In this document: in pieces, positions 46,306 through 56,420 of the stretch | Layout: every line of letters starts with the position of its first letter | Position numbering within the stretch: position 1 is the stretch's first letter | Source: Gemmatimonadales bacterium | Lineage (GTDB): Bacteria; Gemmatimonadota; Gemmatimonadetes; Gemmatimonadales; GWC2-71-9 | Direction of reading: 5' to 3' | DNA length: 64,000 nt | Assembly (NCBI GenBank): GCA_041577295.1 | Contig: JBFGJG010000007.1 | Span: 1 to 64,000, forward strand | The notes under the pieces: generated by a model | Databases searched by the model: none | What the model was told of the DNA's origin: nothing | Seen by the model: only the letters and a program-made list of their open reading frames with translations | Position numbers and translations under genes: made by a program

Positions 46306-48097
46306 AGGGAATAGACCGGGCGGCCTCCTTGCCGGCCAAGAACACCAGTACGATGAGCACTCCACTGGCCGCGCTCACGGTAACCTTGAGCGCGGCTGGT
46401 GCGGCGCTTGCCGAGAGAAATCCTTCGATCAAACCAGCGAGCACCAGCAGGGCTGTGGCGACACCCACGAGCTCCACCGCGCGTTTGCCGTTGATCACCA
46501 AAGCGTCCCGCCGTCGTAGATCTCCAGGCGCGATGACGGCCTGACCCACTAGCAATCCCGCCCCGCCGGCGATAAAGATGGCCGTGAGCTCGAGCACGCC
46601 GTGACCAGCGACGAATGTGAGGAGCCAGCCGGCCAAACCGTAGTTGGCAAACAATCCGAGCACGGCTCCAAAGAACAGGCCGTTGAACGTGAGCACCAGC
46701 AGCGTACCGACACCGGCCAGAATGCCAAATGCGAAAGCGGCGAAGGCGACCTGCACGTTGTTTGCAATGATACTCGACGCGAACAGCGGGAGGAGCGGAT
46801 CTGGTGCTTCGGCGTAGCCTCGACCTTGTACTGCGTGTGACTGGCCAGCCTCCGCTCGAGCGATCATCTCATCCGGCAGAATGTCATGTGCAACAGGTGG
46901 GCGCTCGCGAATCAACGTGTACCCTGCGATGCCGGGCAGCACGAACATCAGCAAGGCAACAAACACATAGCCGCGAGCGCGGTACGTCGTGGCCGGCAGA
47001 GTCGCAAGCAGCAGCCGGTGCCACGCCTCGCGTCGAGCCCGGCGCGCGCCGTAAAGGGCATTATGACCCGAGCTCACGATGCGAGCGAGATAGTCCATCA
47101 CCCTGGGATCGACGCCGTACGTTCGCGCCCGTGCCAAATCGGCGGCGACTTCGCGGTACGCTGCCGCAAACGCGGTGAGCTCGCTCCCCGTAAGGCGCCG
47201 GATCCCGCCCCGCTCGACTTCAGAGATACGGCGGCGAAACCGCTCCCACGATTCCTGCTTGAGTGCGATGAACCGCTCGGTGCCACCACGGCGGCCGGCG
47301 TGATCTGCCAGGCCGCTGCCCAGGGCGCCGCGCCGCCGCGCACGCTCCCGATCGTAGAGGTTCGTGAGAAATAGAGCTGGGTCGGGATTGCGTTGTGGGT
47401 ATCGCGGCGCGAAGCGGGCCTCTAGCTCGCCCAGAAAGCGGCGTCGGGTGTCGGCTGTGAGAGTATCGAGTCGTGTCAGCAGCTGCTCCACCAGCCGATA
47501 CTCATCGTCGGCCAGCTCGGGAGTGCCCAGGTCTACGTGGTCCTGCTCCACTGACGGCTGGAAACCAGCGAGCGAAACGTCTTGCGGCCGGTCGCGCACC
47601 ACGATCGTTCCCGCGACGATGTCGCCCAGACGTTTGTTCTGGCCGTGGAGGAAGACGAAGAGCAGACCGAGGAGGTAGGACGGGACGGGTTGGACGTCGA
47701 CGAGGCGGCTGAGATTTCGAATGACGGCAGCGGCGAACGTTACGGAGTGGCCCGTATCCATCACGACACGGATTCCCAGCCGTCGCTTTCCGGGTGTACG
47801 GCCGTTCCACAGGGCCTCGAACAACACGAAGTATCCCCAAAACACGAGGAACCAGAGCGCGACGATCACCGCGGCGATCCATCCGCCGAGCCTGTCACCG
47901 ACCCAGGGTACGCCGACAAACTCCCAGGCTACGGTGGAGAGTGTGAGAAAGAGCGTGACGAGAATCGTATCATAGATCGCGGCGGCGGCACGGGACCCGA
48001 TGCCCGCGAGCTCGAACTCGAGCACCACGTGTTCCGGCGTCTCGACGCTCAGCCGACGCGTAAGGCTGATGGGTGTTGACTCTCGCGTGCGTGGCAT
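46292..48097 (-). CDS. RDD domain fused to SpoIIM (DUF95) membrane domain
   Basis: ETPEHV...LAGIGSR, GRTPGKR, KRLGDIVAGT (RDD); IANN, HGVLELTAI, AGLIEGF (SpoIIM). Confidence 0.88.
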   Translation of the reverse strand: MPRTRESTPISLTRRLSVETPEHVVLEFELAGIGSRAAAAIYDTILVTLFLTLSTVAWEFVGVPWVGDRLGGWIAAVIVALWFLVFWGYFVLFEALWNGRTPGKRRLGIRVVMDTGHSVTFAAAVIRNLSRLVDVQPVPSYLLGLLFVFLHGQNKRLGDIVAGTIVVRDRPQDVSLAGFQPSVEQDHVDLGTPELADDEYRLVEQLLTRLDTLTADTRRRFLGELEARFAPRYPQRNPDPALFLTNLYDRERARRRGALGSGLADHAGRRGGTERFIALKQESWERFRRRISEVERGGIRRLTGSELTAFAAAYREVAADLARARTYGVDPRVMDYLARIVSSGHNALYGARRARREAWHRLLLATLPATTYRARGYVFVALLMFVLPGIAGYTLIRERPPVAHDILPDEMIARAEAGQSHAVQGRGYAEAPDPLLPLFASSIIANNVQVAFAAFAFGILAGVGTLLVLTFNGLFFGAVLGLFANYGLAGWLLTFVAGHGVLELTAIFIAGGAGLLVGQAVIAPGDLRRRDALVINGKRAVELVGVATALLVLAGLIEGFLSASAAPAALKVTVSAASGVLIVLVFLAGKEAARSIPSIPS

Positions 48098-48134
48098 CTG
48101 TGGCGCATTTTACGCCGCAGGAGGGCCAAAGGCT

Positions 48135-48971
48135 ATGTCTCTCATTCGAGCGATGTCTGTCGGTGAAATCATTGATGGAGCGTTCGCGGTCTACCGGCAG
48201 CATTTTGCCACCCTGTTCGGCATTGGCGTCGTGTGTGTTGGTCCGCCGACGCTGTTGTACTTCGGTACGTTGGCCATCACGCCACTCACCTCGCTGTGGA
48301 CGGTCCTCACTGTTTGCGCCGTGTTGCTCTACAGTGTCGGAAGCCTGATTGGGACGGGCGCCACCGTGTGGGGCGTCTCGGAAGCATTCCTTGGCCGCAA
48401 GCCAGAGCTTGGTTCAGCACTGCGATTCGCGGCGGGAAAAGCGGTGCGGGTATTAGTTGCCGGCTTGGCGAAATGGCTCATCATCGGTATCGCCTCCATG
48501 GTCGCCTGGGTCGTGGTGGTCTTGATTATCCCGGTGCTCGGCGCGTCCGTGCTGAGTGCGTTCCTGGTCATCGCGGGTGCGGTCGCGGCCCTCTGGGTGA
48601 TGGTGTTTCTCGCAGCCGGTTACGCGGTGGTCACCCCGAGCGTGGTGCTCGAAGAACTGCCGCACGCACCAGATGCATTGGGACGGTCGTGGCTGCTGAC
48701 CAAAGGCGCGAAACGGAAGGCCGTGGGGGTGGGAGTGATTGTCATGCTGCTCATCACCGCTCCGGTGGTGGCTACTGGGGCGCTTTCGGCGCTGATTCCT
48801 GGAATGCTCCTTCTGTGGGAAACCATCGGTACGTTGGGGCAAGTACTGCTGTATCCCGTGTTCTCCTGTGCCTTGACGCTTCTTTATTACGACCTCCGCG
48901 TGCGCAAGGAGGCCTTCGATCTAGAGCATCTGAGTAGGCAGTTGGCGATCACGGGAGCGCCAAGGGCGTGA
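48135..48971 (+). CDS. Integral membrane protein
   Basis: MSVGEIIDGAFAVYR, ALGRSWLL, LLYYDLRVRKEAFDL; about 6 TM helices. Confidence 0.8.
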   Translation: MSLIRAMSVGEIIDGAFAVYRQHFATLFGIGVVCVGPPTLLYFGTLAITPLTSLWTVLTVCAVLLYSVGSLIGTGATVWGVSEAFLGRKPELGSALRFAAGKAVRVLVAGLAKWLIIGIASMVAWVVVVLIIPVLGASVLSAFLVIAGAVAALWVMVFLAAGYAVVTPSVVLEELPHAPDALGRSWLLTKGAKRKAVGVGVIVMLLITAPVVATGALSALIPGMLLLWETIGTLGQVLLYPVFSCALTLLYYDLRVRKEAFDLEHLSRQLAITGAPRA

Positions 48972-49591
48972 GTCAACGTGGCCAGGTTCCGGAGCCCGAT
49001 TCGATTCGCACCGTGCTCCGTGAGATCTTTGCCGCAGAGGAATACGACTGGCAGACGGCTCGCAACCCTCTCGCCTTCCTCGTCGAGGCGTGGCAACAGC
49101 TTCTGGGGTGGATAGCCGGTCTTCAGGAGAGTCACCCGGGCGTGTATGTCGTGACGCTGGTAGCGCTCAGCGTGCTCCTCATCGCCATCCTCGCGCATCT
49201 CGGCTACCTGATCTGGCGGGCCTTACGCCCCGGCCGAACTGGCTCGACTACCGCGGCACGCCAGACGGCTGAGTCCATGGACGCTCGGTGGTATCGGGCC
49301 GAATCCGATCGCCTGGCTGCGGAGGGCCAGTTTGCGGAGGCCCTTGCCCATCGGTTTATGGCCGTCGTCCTCGATCTCGACGCCCGTGCGATCGTGACTT
49401 TTCAACCATCGAAGACCCCTGCAGAGTATCTGCGGGAGGCGGGCCTCACCGATGCGCAGCGGACCGCGCTTCGGGATTTGGTGCAATCTCTCTACCGGCA
49501 TCTCTTCGCCGGTCAAACCTGTGATGCCGTCCAGCTGGACCAGTTCAATCACACAGCCGCACGATTAGGGAGTCCAGTTGCGGCGGGGTGA
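48968..49591 (+). CDS. DUF4129 domain membrane protein
   Basis: TM followed by AAEGQFAEAL and SKTPAEYL. Confidence 0.78.
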   Translation: MSQRGQVPEPDSIRTVLREIFAAEEYDWQTARNPLAFLVEAWQQLLGWIAGLQESHPGVYVVTLVALSVLLIAILAHLGYLIWRALRPGRTGSTTAARQTAESMDARWYRAESDRLAAEGQFAEALAHRFMAVVLDLDARAIVTFQPSKTPAEYLREAGLTDAQRTALRDLVQSLYRHLFAGQTCDAVQLDQFNHTAARLGSPVAAG

Positions 49592-50852
49592 GCTGTTTGT
49601 CGTCCTAGCGATCGTCGCGAGCATAATCGCTGTGGGTCTGCTGGTGCCGCGGGCGACCATCGACGACGACGCTTGGGACTTCCGCCGCTCGACGGAGCGG
49701 CCGGGCCCCAATGGTGCGAAGGGACTGGCTGCCGTGCTCGACGCACTTGGAGCGCGCGTGGAACAGCGGCGACGTGCGTTGTTTGGCGCGTCGGAAGACA
49801 CCTCGCTCACGGGTGGTTCGACCGCGCTTGTCATGCTGGATGTGATTACTCCCGTTACATCGGTCGAGGCGGAGCAGGTTCGCGATCTGGTGGCGCAGGG
49901 TGGTACGCTAGTGGTCGCCGGATCGAATGGTGTGGAGCAGTGCTTTGGGATGGGCATCCGTGATGTAGGAGCAGCCGTGTTCCGATCGCCGACGGACACC
50001 CTTGTGTCCGACTATTCCGATTCCGTCGCGGTGACGGCGGATCACCCCATCGGGCACACCCGGTGGACGCTTGCCTGGACTGCGGAGGAGCCACTCGAGG
50101 ATCGCACAATCTGGTCCGCGGACACCGACTGTCTCGCCCTCCACCCAACCGAGGTGGACACGCTCATGCGCACGATCGACCGTCGAGCTGTCGCATGGCG
50201 GCTGGGGTTCGCCGGTGGTGGCCGTGTACTCGCGCTGGCGGATTCGCGGTACATCTCCAACCGGGACCTGAAGGAAACCGACGCGGGCGTCGTCGTTATT
50301 CCGTGGCTGCTCGATCTCGAGGCCACGACTTTCGTGTTTGATGAGTATCATCAGGGATTCGGGACCCGCAGTTCAATGACAGGGCTGTTCGGCGCCACCG
50401 GGCGGTGGGCTATCTCCTCGCCGCTCGGTTGGATGCTGCTGCAACTCGTGTTCGCCGGTGTTGTGGCGCTCGCTGTGGCCGCCATACGGTTTGGCCCGGC
50501 GCTCACGGCGATTGAGCGACGTCGTCGTTCTCCTCTGGAACACGTAGACGCTCTGGCAGTCGGCCTCGAACGCGCGGAAGCGGAAGAAGCAGCTGTGCGG
50601 CTCATCGCTGCGGGTTTGCGTCGCCGACTCCATCCGCGATCCGGTGGTGCGACTCGTCGCACGCAAGATCTCGAGGTTTGGTTGGAAGCGCTCGAACGGC
50701 ATGCAAACGATCCAAAGGCCCAGCGAGCGCTTGGTGCGCTCCGGCGGGTCCTGGTGCAACGTGAACGGACCGATCGTGTCCGCCACGCCGCCTCAGCCGT
50801 GGAGGATGTGTGGGAAGCACTGACGCACGAGAAAGCAGCCAACGCGTTTTAG
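49578..50852 (+). CDS. DUF4350 domain membrane protein
   Basis: ST..GPNGAKGL, GGTLVVAG, FDEYHQG, RFGP, EHVDALA. Confidence 0.78.
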   Translation: MRRGELFVVLAIVASIIAVGLLVPRATIDDDAWDFRRSTERPGPNGAKGLAAVLDALGARVEQRRRALFGASEDTSLTGGSTALVMLDVITPVTSVEAEQVRDLVAQGGTLVVAGSNGVEQCFGMGIRDVGAAVFRSPTDTLVSDYSDSVAVTADHPIGHTRWTLAWTAEEPLEDRTIWSADTDCLALHPTEVDTLMRTIDRRAVAWRLGFAGGGRVLALADSRYISNRDLKETDAGVVVIPWLLDLEATTFVFDEYHQGFGTRSSMTGLFGATGRWAISSPLGWMLLQLVFAGVVALAVAAIRFGPALTAIERRRRSPLEHVDALAVGLERAEAEEAAVRLIAAGLRRRLHPRSGGATRRTQDLEVWLEALERHANDPKAQRALGALRRVLVQRERTDRVRHAASAVEDVWEALTHEKAANAF

Positions 50853-51763
50853 AAACCGTTCGTAAGGTCATCCTCGGACAAGACGACGTTACGAGAGATT
50901 GCGTCGTTGCACTCCTTGCTCGAGGTCATGTACTTCTCGAAGGAGTGCCAGGAACGGGAAAGACGTTGCTCGTACGGTCGTTGGCGCAGGCACTACAAGT
51001 CTCCTATGTGCGTATCCAATTCACACCGGACCTGATGCCCGGTGACATCACAGGCATCTCTGTGCTCACGGGCTCTGACTTTAGGTTTCGGCAGGGACCG
51101 ATCTTTCACGACCTGGTCTTGGCTGATGAGATCAACAGGGCACCCGCGAAAACACAAGCCGCCTTGCTGGAGGCGATGCAAGAGCGGACCGTCACAGTGG
51201 ACGGAGTGACGCACTCACTGCCGGAGACGTTCACCGTTTTGGCGACACAGAATCCCATCGAGTTCGAGGGTACTTATCCGCTACCGGAGGCAGAGCTCGA
51301 TCGGTTCATGTTGAAGGCAAAGATCGACTACCCGTCCGCGGACGTCGAGCAGAAGATCCTCGGCCGATACCTCGAGGGTTTCGAAGCCGATCTACCAGAG
51401 ACCTACGGCGTGAGTCCGGTCACGGACGCGGCTGGCGTGCGCACGCTACGAGAGGCCGTTCGCGCCATACGCGTCGAACCCCGGATCACCGCATACATCA
51501 CATCGATTGTGCGCGCGACGAGAGCCGCACCCACCCTGATGCTCGGTGCGAGCCCCCGGGCTGGCGTCGCGCTCCTCAAGACGTCCCGTGCGCTGGCCCT
51601 CATCGAGGGACGTGATTTCGTGATCCCGGACGACGTCAAGCAACTCGCACCTGCGGTGCTTCGCCATCGGGTGGCGGTAGCTCCGGAGCTCGAGCTCGAG
51701 GGCGTGACGCCGGACGTCGCGCTCAAAGCCATCCTCGATCAAACGGAAGTGCCCACCGCCTGA
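50810..51763 (+). CDS. moxR: MoxR-family AAA+ ATPase
   Basis: GHVLLEGVPGTGKT, RIQFTPDLMP, DEINRAPAKTQAALLEAMQE, ATQNPIE, SPRA. Confidence 0.95.
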   Translation: MGSTDARESSQRVLETVRKVILGQDDVTRDCVVALLARGHVLLEGVPGTGKTLLVRSLAQALQVSYVRIQFTPDLMPGDITGISVLTGSDFRFRQGPIFHDLVLADEINRAPAKTQAALLEAMQERTVTVDGVTHSLPETFTVLATQNPIEFEGTYPLPEAELDRFMLKAKIDYPSADVEQKILGRYLEGFEADLPETYGVSPVTDAAGVRTLREAVRAIRVEPRITAYITSIVRATRAAPTLMLGASPRAGVALLKTSRALALIEGRDFVIPDDVKQLAPAVLRHRVAVAPELELEGVTPDVALKAILDQTEVPTA

Positions 51764-53091
51764 TGGCGAGGTTCGGTCGAATCGTTCCAACCCGACGAGC
51801 CGTTTTGTTCGTGGCAGCCCTGGCGCCCATCGCGCTGCTGGGATACGTGACACCGTGGGGCCTCGACGTAGTCATCGCGCTGAACGGACTGGTGGCCGCC
51901 GTCACCCTGCTCGATTGGTGGCGGGCCGCTGATCCCACCATGCTCGAGCTGAAACGGGTGGCACCTGAAACGTTCGCCGTGGGGAGACCGACTGTGACGG
52001 CTTACCGGTGGCGAAATCGTGCGCCGGTCCGCGCCGATCTCCGCGTGCGTGAGGTTCGCCCCTCCATTCTCGGTGGAGCGACTCCCACTCGCCAGGTGTT
52101 CATCGCGCCCGGCGATGAGCTGACCGAGGACGTTCTCGTTACACCCACCCGGCGGGGGCGAGAGGCCGGTGGGTGGTTTCATCTGCGATGTTTGGGACCG
52201 TTGGGGCTCGCCAGCCGGCAAGTTCGACGAGAGCTCCCATGGCACGTGACGGTTTACCCAAGCCTCCCGGCGTCGCGACTCAAGGCGTCGATGGCCGAGG
52301 CGGTGCGACGTCGCGAGGCGGGACTCCGTCCCGTGCGGCGGCTTGGCGAGGGGAGTCAGTTCGAGAGTCTGCGTGAATGGGTTCCAGGAGATGACACGCG
52401 CCACATCGATTGGAAGGCCACGGCGCGGCGGCGCAAGGTGATTGTGAAGCAGTTCGAAGAGGAGCGTCGTCAACAAGTCATGTTAGTGTTGGACACCGGG
52501 CGGCTGCTTACCGCAGAGGTCGCCGGAGAAGCTCGAATGGAGTACGTGGTGCGCGCTGCCCTTTGGCTTGCGTTTGCCGCGAGCCACCACGATGACAACG
52601 TCGGTGTGATGACGTTCGCGGAGGAAGTCCAATCGTACGTCGCGCCGCAGCGCGGCCGCCGAGGTCTCCAGCAAGTGCTCGACGTGCTGGCAGTGGTCGA
52701 GCCATCGCTCGTCGAGCCGGACTATCCGATGGCGTTTCGCTACCTGGCTATTCGGAATCGCAAGCGCGCACTGACGGTCTTCTTCACGGATGTAATCGAC
52801 CGGTTGGCATCTGAAGCGCTCATTGCTCACGTGGGCTCGCTCGGTCGGCGACACCTCCCTCTGGTCGTGACGCTTCGCAATCCGGATCTCGACGACATCG
52901 CTGGAAGCCGGCCCGCTAGCACCGAGGGCGCCTACCGCAAAGCCGCCGCCGAAGAGTTGATTGCCGCGCGTGAAGAGGCTCTCGCGAAGATGCGCTCTCT
53001 CGGCATCATCGTGCTCGATGTCCCACCCCAGAAAGCGAGTAGCGCTGTCGTCGACATGTATCAGGAACTCAAGCGTCGCGGTCGCCTTTAA
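51763..53091 (+). CDS. DUF58 / vWA-like MoxR partner protein
   Basis: FESLREWVPGDDTRHIDWKATAR; degenerate MIDAS LDTGR. Confidence 0.9.
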   Translation: MARFGRIVPTRRAVLFVAALAPIALLGYVTPWGLDVVIALNGLVAAVTLLDWWRAADPTMLELKRVAPETFAVGRPTVTAYRWRNRAPVRADLRVREVRPSILGGATPTRQVFIAPGDELTEDVLVTPTRRGREAGGWFHLRCLGPLGLASRQVRRELPWHVTVYPSLPASRLKASMAEAVRRREAGLRPVRRLGEGSQFESLREWVPGDDTRHIDWKATARRRKVIVKQFEEERRQQVMLVLDTGRLLTAEVAGEARMEYVVRAALWLAFAASHHDDNVGVMTFAEEVQSYVAPQRGRRGLQQVLDVLAVVEPSLVEPDYPMAFRYLAIRNRKRALTVFFTDVIDRLASEALIAHVGSLGRRHLPLVVTLRNPDLDDIAGSRPASTEGAYRKAAAEELIAAREEALAKMRSLGIIVLDVPPQKASSAVVDMYQELKRRGRL

Positions 53092-53172
53092 GATTTTTCT
53101 CTCTCCTTACTTACAGCTGCTTGGACCGACCGGTATCTTTGAAGAAAACCACTTCGTTTACACGGGGCCGTC

Positions 53173-53769
53173 ATGGAGCAGCTGTTTTTTGGGGATCGCG
53201 CGCTGTGGTTCACGATTCCCGCACTCGTCGGGACGGCCTTCTTTACACTCCGAATCGTGCTCATGCTTGCCATGGGTCACGGTGCCGCGGACTTCCACCT
53301 CGACGATGGCTCAGCGCTCGATCTTGACCTCGATCACGGAGATTCAGGCAGCGCCTTCAAAGTGCTGTCAGTGCAAGTCATCTCCGCGTTTCTCATGGGT
53401 TTCGGTTGGGGAGGGTTGGGCGCGTATCGCGGCTGGGGATTGCCTGCGCTGCTGAGCGTGCCGGTTGGTGTCGTGGTCGGTGGGTCGATGGTCTGGATTC
53501 TGGGCAAGCTGCTGCGCTGGATCATAGGGCTGCAAAGCAGCGGGACGGTCGATATCTCGGCATCGCTGTACGAGCAAGCAACGGTGTACACCAACATTCC
53601 CGCCCGCGGGGGTGGGCGGGGAGTCGTCCGCGTAGTCGTGGGTGATCGGCTGCGTTTCTACAACGCCGTCTCGCAGGGAGACGCTATTGAGTCCCAGGCC
53701 ACCGTGCGCATAACCGGAATCAACGAAAACAACACTGTGACGGTGGCCCGAGTGGAGGGTGAATCATGA
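53173..53769 (+). CDS. NfeD-like membrane protein
   Basis: Three TM helices plus a C-terminal OB-like domain; directly upstream of flotillin. Confidence 0.78.
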   Translation: MEQLFFGDRALWFTIPALVGTAFFTLRIVLMLAMGHGAADFHLDDGSALDLDLDHGDSGSAFKVLSVQVISAFLMGFGWGGLGAYRGWGLPALLSVPVGVVVGGSMVWILGKLLRWIIGLQSSGTVDISASLYEQATVYTNIPARGGGRGVVRVVVGDRLRFYNAVSQGDAIESQATVRITGINENNTVTVARVEGES

Positions 53770-55403
53770 CGTTCATCGCGCAAACTTCGATATCGCTGTC
53801 GGCGCTCGCCCTACAGGGCGCGGGACCGACTCCCATGGTGTGGCTAGGAGCGGTGGGTGCTGTGGTCTTACTGCTCCTGTTTTTCGTTGTCTTTGTCGTC
53901 AAGCAGTACAAACGGTGTCCGAGTAACCGGATCCTCGTGATCTACGGTAAGATAGGCGCCGACCGCGCGTCCCAGTGTATCCACGGTGGTGGCAAGTTCG
54001 TCGTTCCGTTGCTTCAGGACTATGCGTTCCTTCCCCTCGAGCCGATGGTGATTGACATCCCATTGAGTGGGGCGCTCTCGCTCAACAACATCCGGGTCAA
54101 TGTGCCAGCCACGTTCACGGTTGGTATCTCGACCGATGCCGTGCTGATGAACTCGGCGGCGGAGCGACTGTTGTTCCTGAATGAAAAGAAAATTCAGGAG
54201 CAGGCGCAGGACATCATCCTGGGGCAGCTCCGGCTCGTGATTGCCACGCTCACCATTGAAGAGATCAACAAGGATCGCGAGAAGTTCATGTCGTTGGTCA
54301 ACGCCAATGTGACTGAGGAGATCAACAAGATCGGCCTGACGCTGATCAACGTGAACATTCGCGACATCACGGATGAGAGTGGCTACATCGAGGCCATCGG
54401 GAAGCGAGCGGCCGCCGAGGCGATCAACCGCGCCAAGGTCGATGTCGCTCAGCAGGAGCGCGATGGCGCCACGGGATCTGCCAAGGCGGACCGCGAGCGG
54501 CGGATCAGCGTCGCCGCCGAGCAGGCTTCTGCTCAGGCCGGTGAAAAAGAAGCGGAGCAAAAACAGCGCATCGCCGTCGCTGGGTACGAAGCTGGTGCCA
54601 TCAAGGGCGAGGCGGAGTCGAAGCGCGACTTCGAGATCGCGGTCGCCCAGCGGGATGCGGAGACCACCGCTGCTCGCAAGGAAGCCGAGCGCGAACAGCG
54701 GGTTCAGGTTGCGCACGCTGAGTCGGAGGCGGTCAAGGGAGAGAACACGGCGCAGGAGCGAATCGCCGAATCGAACGCCAACCTCGCCGAGGTCAGAGCC
54801 TCAGCGGACCAACGTTCGGACGTCGCGGCAGCCAAAGCTCGTGAGGCGATTCTCATCGCAGAGCGGGAACAGGAGCTCGCGCGGCTCGCCAAGGAGCGGC
54901 TTGCGCCGCAGGAAATCGACAAGAAACGGGTTGAGATCGAAGCGGAAGCGGCGGCGGAGCGGTTCCGTCGCGAGGCTCGCGGTAAAGCCGATGCTACCCT
55001 TTTGCGCTATGAAGCCGAGGCTGCGGGGGTGCGCCAGGTGCTCGAAGCAAAAGCCGAAGGCTACCGTCAATTGGTGGAGGCCTGCGGCGTGCATCCGGAG
55101 ATTGCGCCCACATTGCTCATGATCGAGCGCCTCCCCGAGCTCGTGAGGGAGCAGGTAAAGGCGATTCAAAACCTGAAGATCGACAAGATCACCGTATGGG
55201 ACAGCGGCCGAGGGAACGGACGTAGCGACGGCGCGACGGCGTCCTTCCTCTCGAGCCTCATCGGCGCGTTGCCGGCGATGCACGAGCTGGCCGAGCAGGC
55301 GGGCATCGAACTACCCGAGGTGCTGGGCCGGGTGCGCGAGAGGGACAAACCGCCTAGTGAAGCAACGGCGAAAGACGGCGGAGAGGTTGGCGGAAGGCGC
55401 TAG
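53766..55403 (+). CDS. Flotillin / SPFH domain protein
   Basis: TM, SPFH domain (GQLRLVIATLTIEEINKDRE), AE-rich coiled coil, IDKITVWD. Confidence 0.92.
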   Translation: MTFIAQTSISLSALALQGAGPTPMVWLGAVGAVVLLLLFFVVFVVKQYKRCPSNRILVIYGKIGADRASQCIHGGGKFVVPLLQDYAFLPLEPMVIDIPLSGALSLNNIRVNVPATFTVGISTDAVLMNSAAERLLFLNEKKIQEQAQDIILGQLRLVIATLTIEEINKDREKFMSLVNANVTEEINKIGLTLINVNIRDITDESGYIEAIGKRAAAEAINRAKVDVAQQERDGATGSAKADRERRISVAAEQASAQAGEKEAEQKQRIAVAGYEAGAIKGEAESKRDFEIAVAQRDAETTAARKEAEREQRVQVAHAESEAVKGENTAQERIAESNANLAEVRASADQRSDVAAAKAREAILIAEREQELARLAKERLAPQEIDKKRVEIEAEAAAERFRREARGKADATLLRYEAEAAGVRQVLEAKAEGYRQLVEACGVHPEIAPTLLMIERLPELVREQVKAIQNLKIDKITVWDSGRGNGRSDGATASFLSSLIGALPAMHELAEQAGIELPEVLGRVRERDKPPSEATAKDGGEVGGRR

Positions 55404-55675
55404 CTGGTAGGTGTCGCGGCGCAGTGGGTAGGGAGTGTCGTCTCCTCCTCGAGAACGCGTCCCGCGCGGTGATGTGCCCAATTCCACGGTCTCGCGATTT
55501 GACACCTGTCGCGCCAAGAGGCTGGCCGCGTCACACTGCGCCGAAGGTGTGAGGCGGGGCAGGGCGTCAGCGAGGGTATTTCACCCCCACGGAAGCGACC
55601 GGAGCAGGAAGTCTCCTACGGCGCCAACGCCGGCTGCGAGCGCGACGAGGCAGAGGGCGGAGGATTCGTAATGAA

Positions 55676-55703
55676 ACCCGACCGGGTCCGCGCCCGGTCG
55701 GGT
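55676..55703 (-). terminator. Hairpin, probable terminator of the PrcB-domain gene
   Basis: Perfect 11-bp stem ACCCGACCGGG-tccgcg-CCCGGTCGGGT, 11 nt past the stop, followed by TTCATT on the minus strand. Confidence 0.65.
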
Positions 55704-55714
55704 ATGCGAGTCGG

Positions 55715-56227
55715 TCAGTTACACTCGTGGACGATGGCCGCGTCTTCGAACTCCACGGCCAGTTCGGACCGGGCGAACGATACCGCCGTGGCCGGAGCTG
55801 TAAGGACTTGCGGCGTCACGCAGCTCGACCCCGGGGAGGATTCCAAGACGCGCACCAGCAAGTTGTCCGGGCCCTCGAAGACCCCCTCCACCGCGATCGC
55901 GTATCCCCCGGTATTTCGGCTTCCCATTGTTGCCACGAGCACCATTTGTGTCGCGAAATCAATGGCAGGGCGCTCGGGCGCAGGGCTCACATTGGCGACG
56001 AACTCGTTCCAGAACGCCTCCCACTCCTGTTCGGTTCGGAGGACCACACGGCGACGATCTGTGATGCCGCTGATCTGGGTAGTGTGGGCTTCCTCGATGA
56101 GATCGTACTGTATCGAAACGAAGCCGGGGGGAAGCTCCGGCCAGCTTGGCCCGGTACCTTCACCGCCACATGCCGCGGCGATGCCTGTCACGACAGTTGC
56201 GAGTGTCAACCGCGCTATGGACCTCAT
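55715..56227 (-). CDS. Lipoprotein with PrcB C-terminal-like domain
   Basis: IAAAC lipobox; PAIDF, MGSRNTGGYAI, QVLTAP; AAGGAGG RBS. Confidence 0.8.
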   Translation of the reverse strand: MRSIARLTLATVVTGIAAACGGEGTGPSWPELPPGFVSIQYDLIEEAHTTQISGITDRRRVVLRTEQEWEAFWNEFVANVSPAPERPAIDFATQMVLVATMGSRNTGGYAIAVEGVFEGPDNLLVRVLESSPGSSCVTPQVLTAPATAVSFARSELAVEFEDAAIVHECN

Positions 56228-56420
56228 CTGACACGCCTCCTTGGTGCACGCGCCAAAGGTGCTGAATCATAGTTGTGGATTCGACTCTAGGTACCCCGGC
56301 CCGAACCGCGGGTTTCCTCGGAGCCTAACGGGGAAGACGGGATTCGGTCGGTGACGCCGCTCACGCGACCACGAACCCCCGTAGCCGTCGATTCGCCGAC
56401 CCGATAACTTGGCCTCACGT

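Noticed and set aside
55436..55470. HDV-like ribozyme suggested by a CTCCTCG loop
   Set aside because: P3 and P1 pairings and the GG of P1.1 could not be placed in the required order.
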